DNA of 62,713 bases from Octopus sinensis (lineage: Eukaryota). A program made the position numbers and the translations under genes. The stretch is taken from assembly GCF_006345805.1 (NCBI RefSeq), contig NW_021831996.1, positions 1-62,713 on the forward strand, in the 5' to 3' direction. Below the pieces are notes generated by a model, which had not been told where the DNA came from, did no database searches, and saw nothing but the letters and a program-made list of their open reading frames with translations. Shown here in pieces: positions 60,165 through 62,713 of this stretch; position 1 is the stretch's first letter; every line of letters starts with the position of its first letter.

Positions 60165-62713
60165 TATTTAACGCTGACTCCTTGACCACGCCCCAAGTAT
60201 GATTTTTGCGCTATGCCTACCCCCCAAAAAGTCCCCACCAACACCCCTTTAAACCTGCCTAAATGTATAAATGCCAATACAATTTTGTAACTAGCTTCCT
60301 GAAGATTTCTCTGAATGAAACAGTTCTAGTCCTGTAGAAGCTCCTTCTATATAATAAATTAATTTTACTCTGCTATGTATTGAGTACCTTATTTACTGTG
60401 GTTAACCCCGAATCAACCCGGGACCTACATATCCTAGCACACCCTAGTGCCCTTATAACCATCACCAAGAAAAAATGCTGACAAGATTGACCTCGACACT
60501 TCCCTGAAGAACATTACTATCCCACCAAGGAAAACAGTACCAAAAAGCCCTCATTAGACGGACTGATGAGTTCATCAAAAGAATCCGATGGAGATCGTTC
60601 TTCTTCGACCATCCTGATGTAGCATCTACCAGTAATGATAAGTACGGCTTCAAACAAATAAGGCCCCTCCTACCAACAGCCTACTTGAACCGTTTGAAGA
60701 AGACCTCTTCCTCATGATAAAAAACATCAAATTCAGGAGAGTCAACTTACCTTTCCAAACGGAACTGAATGAGAAGCTTTCGAAAATGAAAAGCTCCAAG
60801 AACCTCCATGTCCCTTCGGACAAGACAAAAAAAATATTTACGCGGTGACGCGGACACCTACAACAGACTAGCCGATAACGCCATCACAGCTAAGTACAAG
60901 AAAGTAGACGACGCAGCGCTAATGAAAACCAATTTAGCCGGGAAAGTGATTGCCACCTCCCTTAAAATCGATGACCGAACCGAACCCCTGAGGGTGAAGT
61001 CCCCACACTTCACCCTGAAGGACCACAAAGACCATTTCGAAAAATAAACCGTCGGTCCGTTTGATTAAACAACCAAGTCTGACATCGGATCCGCAGCAAG
61101 AAGATCCTGGACAGGATTTTACCAAAAATGCGTGAAGCTTCACCCCTTCCACTCTGGAATAGGACCTCCGAGGCAATAACCTGGTTCCAGGATTTACCTG
61201 ATAAAAGCAACCACCCGATTCCTAAACTGGATATCGAGGATTACTACGCTCCATATCGGAGAGCTTGCTGATCGAAGCGATTAACTTCGCCAGAGGTCTT
61301 CCACCATCACCGAGGTCGAGCAAGATGTGATCTCCACGCACGTAAGACTTTTCTTTTCTATGACGGATCCCACTGGATCAACAAAAAATCTGTGACCCCC
61401 TTCGACGTCAGCATGGGTGCTAACGACTCTGCTGAAATAAGTGACCTAGTGGGCTTTTCATCCTCCATAGGCTGAAAACCCTATTCACAGGCCTCTCCGG
61501 TGGTCTTTACCGCGATGACGGCCTTTTCGCCCTCCACAAAGTAGTAAACCCCAGGACCACGGATGGGTTCCGGAAAAATCTTTACACCTTCTTTAAAAAC
61601 TTAGGCCTTAGGATTACCTTGAGAATCCAACTTAATAAAGCTAAATTCCTTGATGTCACCCTCGACTTAAAAACCTCAATTTATTACCCGTACCACAAAC
61701 CGAATGAATCCCTTAAATATATAGATATTAATTCCAACCACCCAAAAATATATTAGATAAATAAGTAAAAAGTGTCTCAATTAGAAGTTCTAGCCTGTCC
61801 GCCACGGAAGATATCTTTAAGGCCGCAGCCCCCTATTACAACGGGCAGGCCCGCCGCAGTGGCTTCAAAGATAAGATTACTATACTAGTATAGCCCCCAC
61901 GCCAACCTAGGAAAAATAGACGAAGACACATTAGCTGGTACAACCCCCCCTTCAACCGGGAGGTCGACACCTGTAGCTAAAATCTTCTTCACCCTCCTAC
62001 AGAAACACTTCCCACCCAACATAAGACTACACTATCCTAAATAAGAACACTATTAGACTCTCCTACTCTACCACGCCCAATCTAGCCAGGAACCTAGCCA
62101 ACACAATGTGAGAAAAAACTTACATACCTACTTTTTCCGAGGCCCATCCAACGTCCGATAGCAATTGCAACTGCCCTGATAAAACTACCTGCCCCCTCAA
62201 CAACAACTGCCTACAGGGGACCTAGTATATACATGCGAGGTGGTAAGATCAGGCCCTGACGATAAAAGAAAATCCTACATAGGAATGACGTCAACAGCTT
62301 TAAGCCGTTGGTACGCACCACAACTCGTTCCGGCGACAGGATAAATCCAACCAAACTACCCTCGCCGCCCACATCTGGTACCTTAAAAGGAATTCCATCC
62401 CCTCAAGACCAAGTGGAACTACTACAGAAGGCGCGCTCATACACAGGAGGCCATACCTGCTGTGACCTCTGATATCGGAGAGCCTAGAGATCTTGTTCGC
62501 CAAAGGCCCTCTCCTTGACAAAATCTCAGAACACTCCCCAAATTGTATGCATATGAAGATATGCGAACTACAAGAACTATAGACCTACCCGGCAACCAGA
62601 TTGATGACCACCCACCCACACAAAACCCCCCCAATCCCACCGTTCCCCTAGCACCCCCGATTACCTTTTCTCCTAAGACCTTTCACATATTGTATGTGCA
62701 CGCTTGTAATGTG
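60165..62713 (+). mobile_element. Penelope-like element, near full-length ORF (frameshifted), runs off the window
   Basis: SLKNITIP..EFIKRIRW, TLKDHK, MGANDSAEISDLVG, GLYRDDG (61505-61522), FLDVTLDL, SNHP, CNCPDKTTCPL, YIGMT (~62277-62291); ORF ends ~62583. Confidence 0.9.

Noticed and set aside
429-60171. Most ORFs in the supplied track (YIYI, CVCV, HTHT, poly-L/V/S, KKER)
   Set aside because: They are translations of microsatellites and low-complexity DNA.
60558-60590. CTGATGAG resembling a hammerhead core
   Set aside because: It lies in the PLE coding frame (RTDEFIKR), with no stem II/GAAA/NUH arrangement.
62455-62475. In-frame TGA at a conserved Cys (C-D-L-TGA) suggesting selenocysteine in the PLE endonuclease
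   Set aside because: The downstream frame resumes only after a 1-nt shift (TG+ATA TCG GAG), so a deletion explains it better. No SECIS identified.
1-62713. CRISPR arrays or prokaryotic operons
   Set aside because: Eukaryotic repeat DNA; no regularly spaced repeat-spacer array or cas-like ORFs.

Overview
AT-rich, microsatellite-dense eukaryotic DNA, almost entirely repeat-derived. The SINE repertoire and microsatellite load resemble an Octopus (coleoid cephalopod) genome; this is my recollection, not a database result. I cannot call any host gene confidently; there is one candidate 99-nt exon. Most ORFs in the supplied track are microsatellite translations. The real coding remnants are transposon proteins: at least five Penelope-like (PLE; RT + GIY-YIG) lineages, RTE, R4/Dong-like and Tx1-like LINE pieces, Tc1 and mariner. 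The main signal is an unusually dense set of type I hammerhead ribozyme (HHR) motifs, about 15 copies in roughly 8-10 unrelated sequence families. Many sit as sense/antisense pairs in short non-coding fold-back elements inserted in or beside (TA)n, and several have non-canonical cores (U3:A8 covariation, C4, U6). One family can be traced within the window from a GIY-YIG-coding PLE 3' end to a minimal fold-back derivative. Other points: a 5S rRNA head fused to a SINE/LINE-type tail, an RTE copy with a twin-priming-type 5' inversion, a SINE with an apparent RRTA target preference, and a MITE carrying TTAGGG repeats. All folds and alignments were done by eye. Ribozyme, TIR and TSD coordinates were counted; outer repeat boundaries are approximate.
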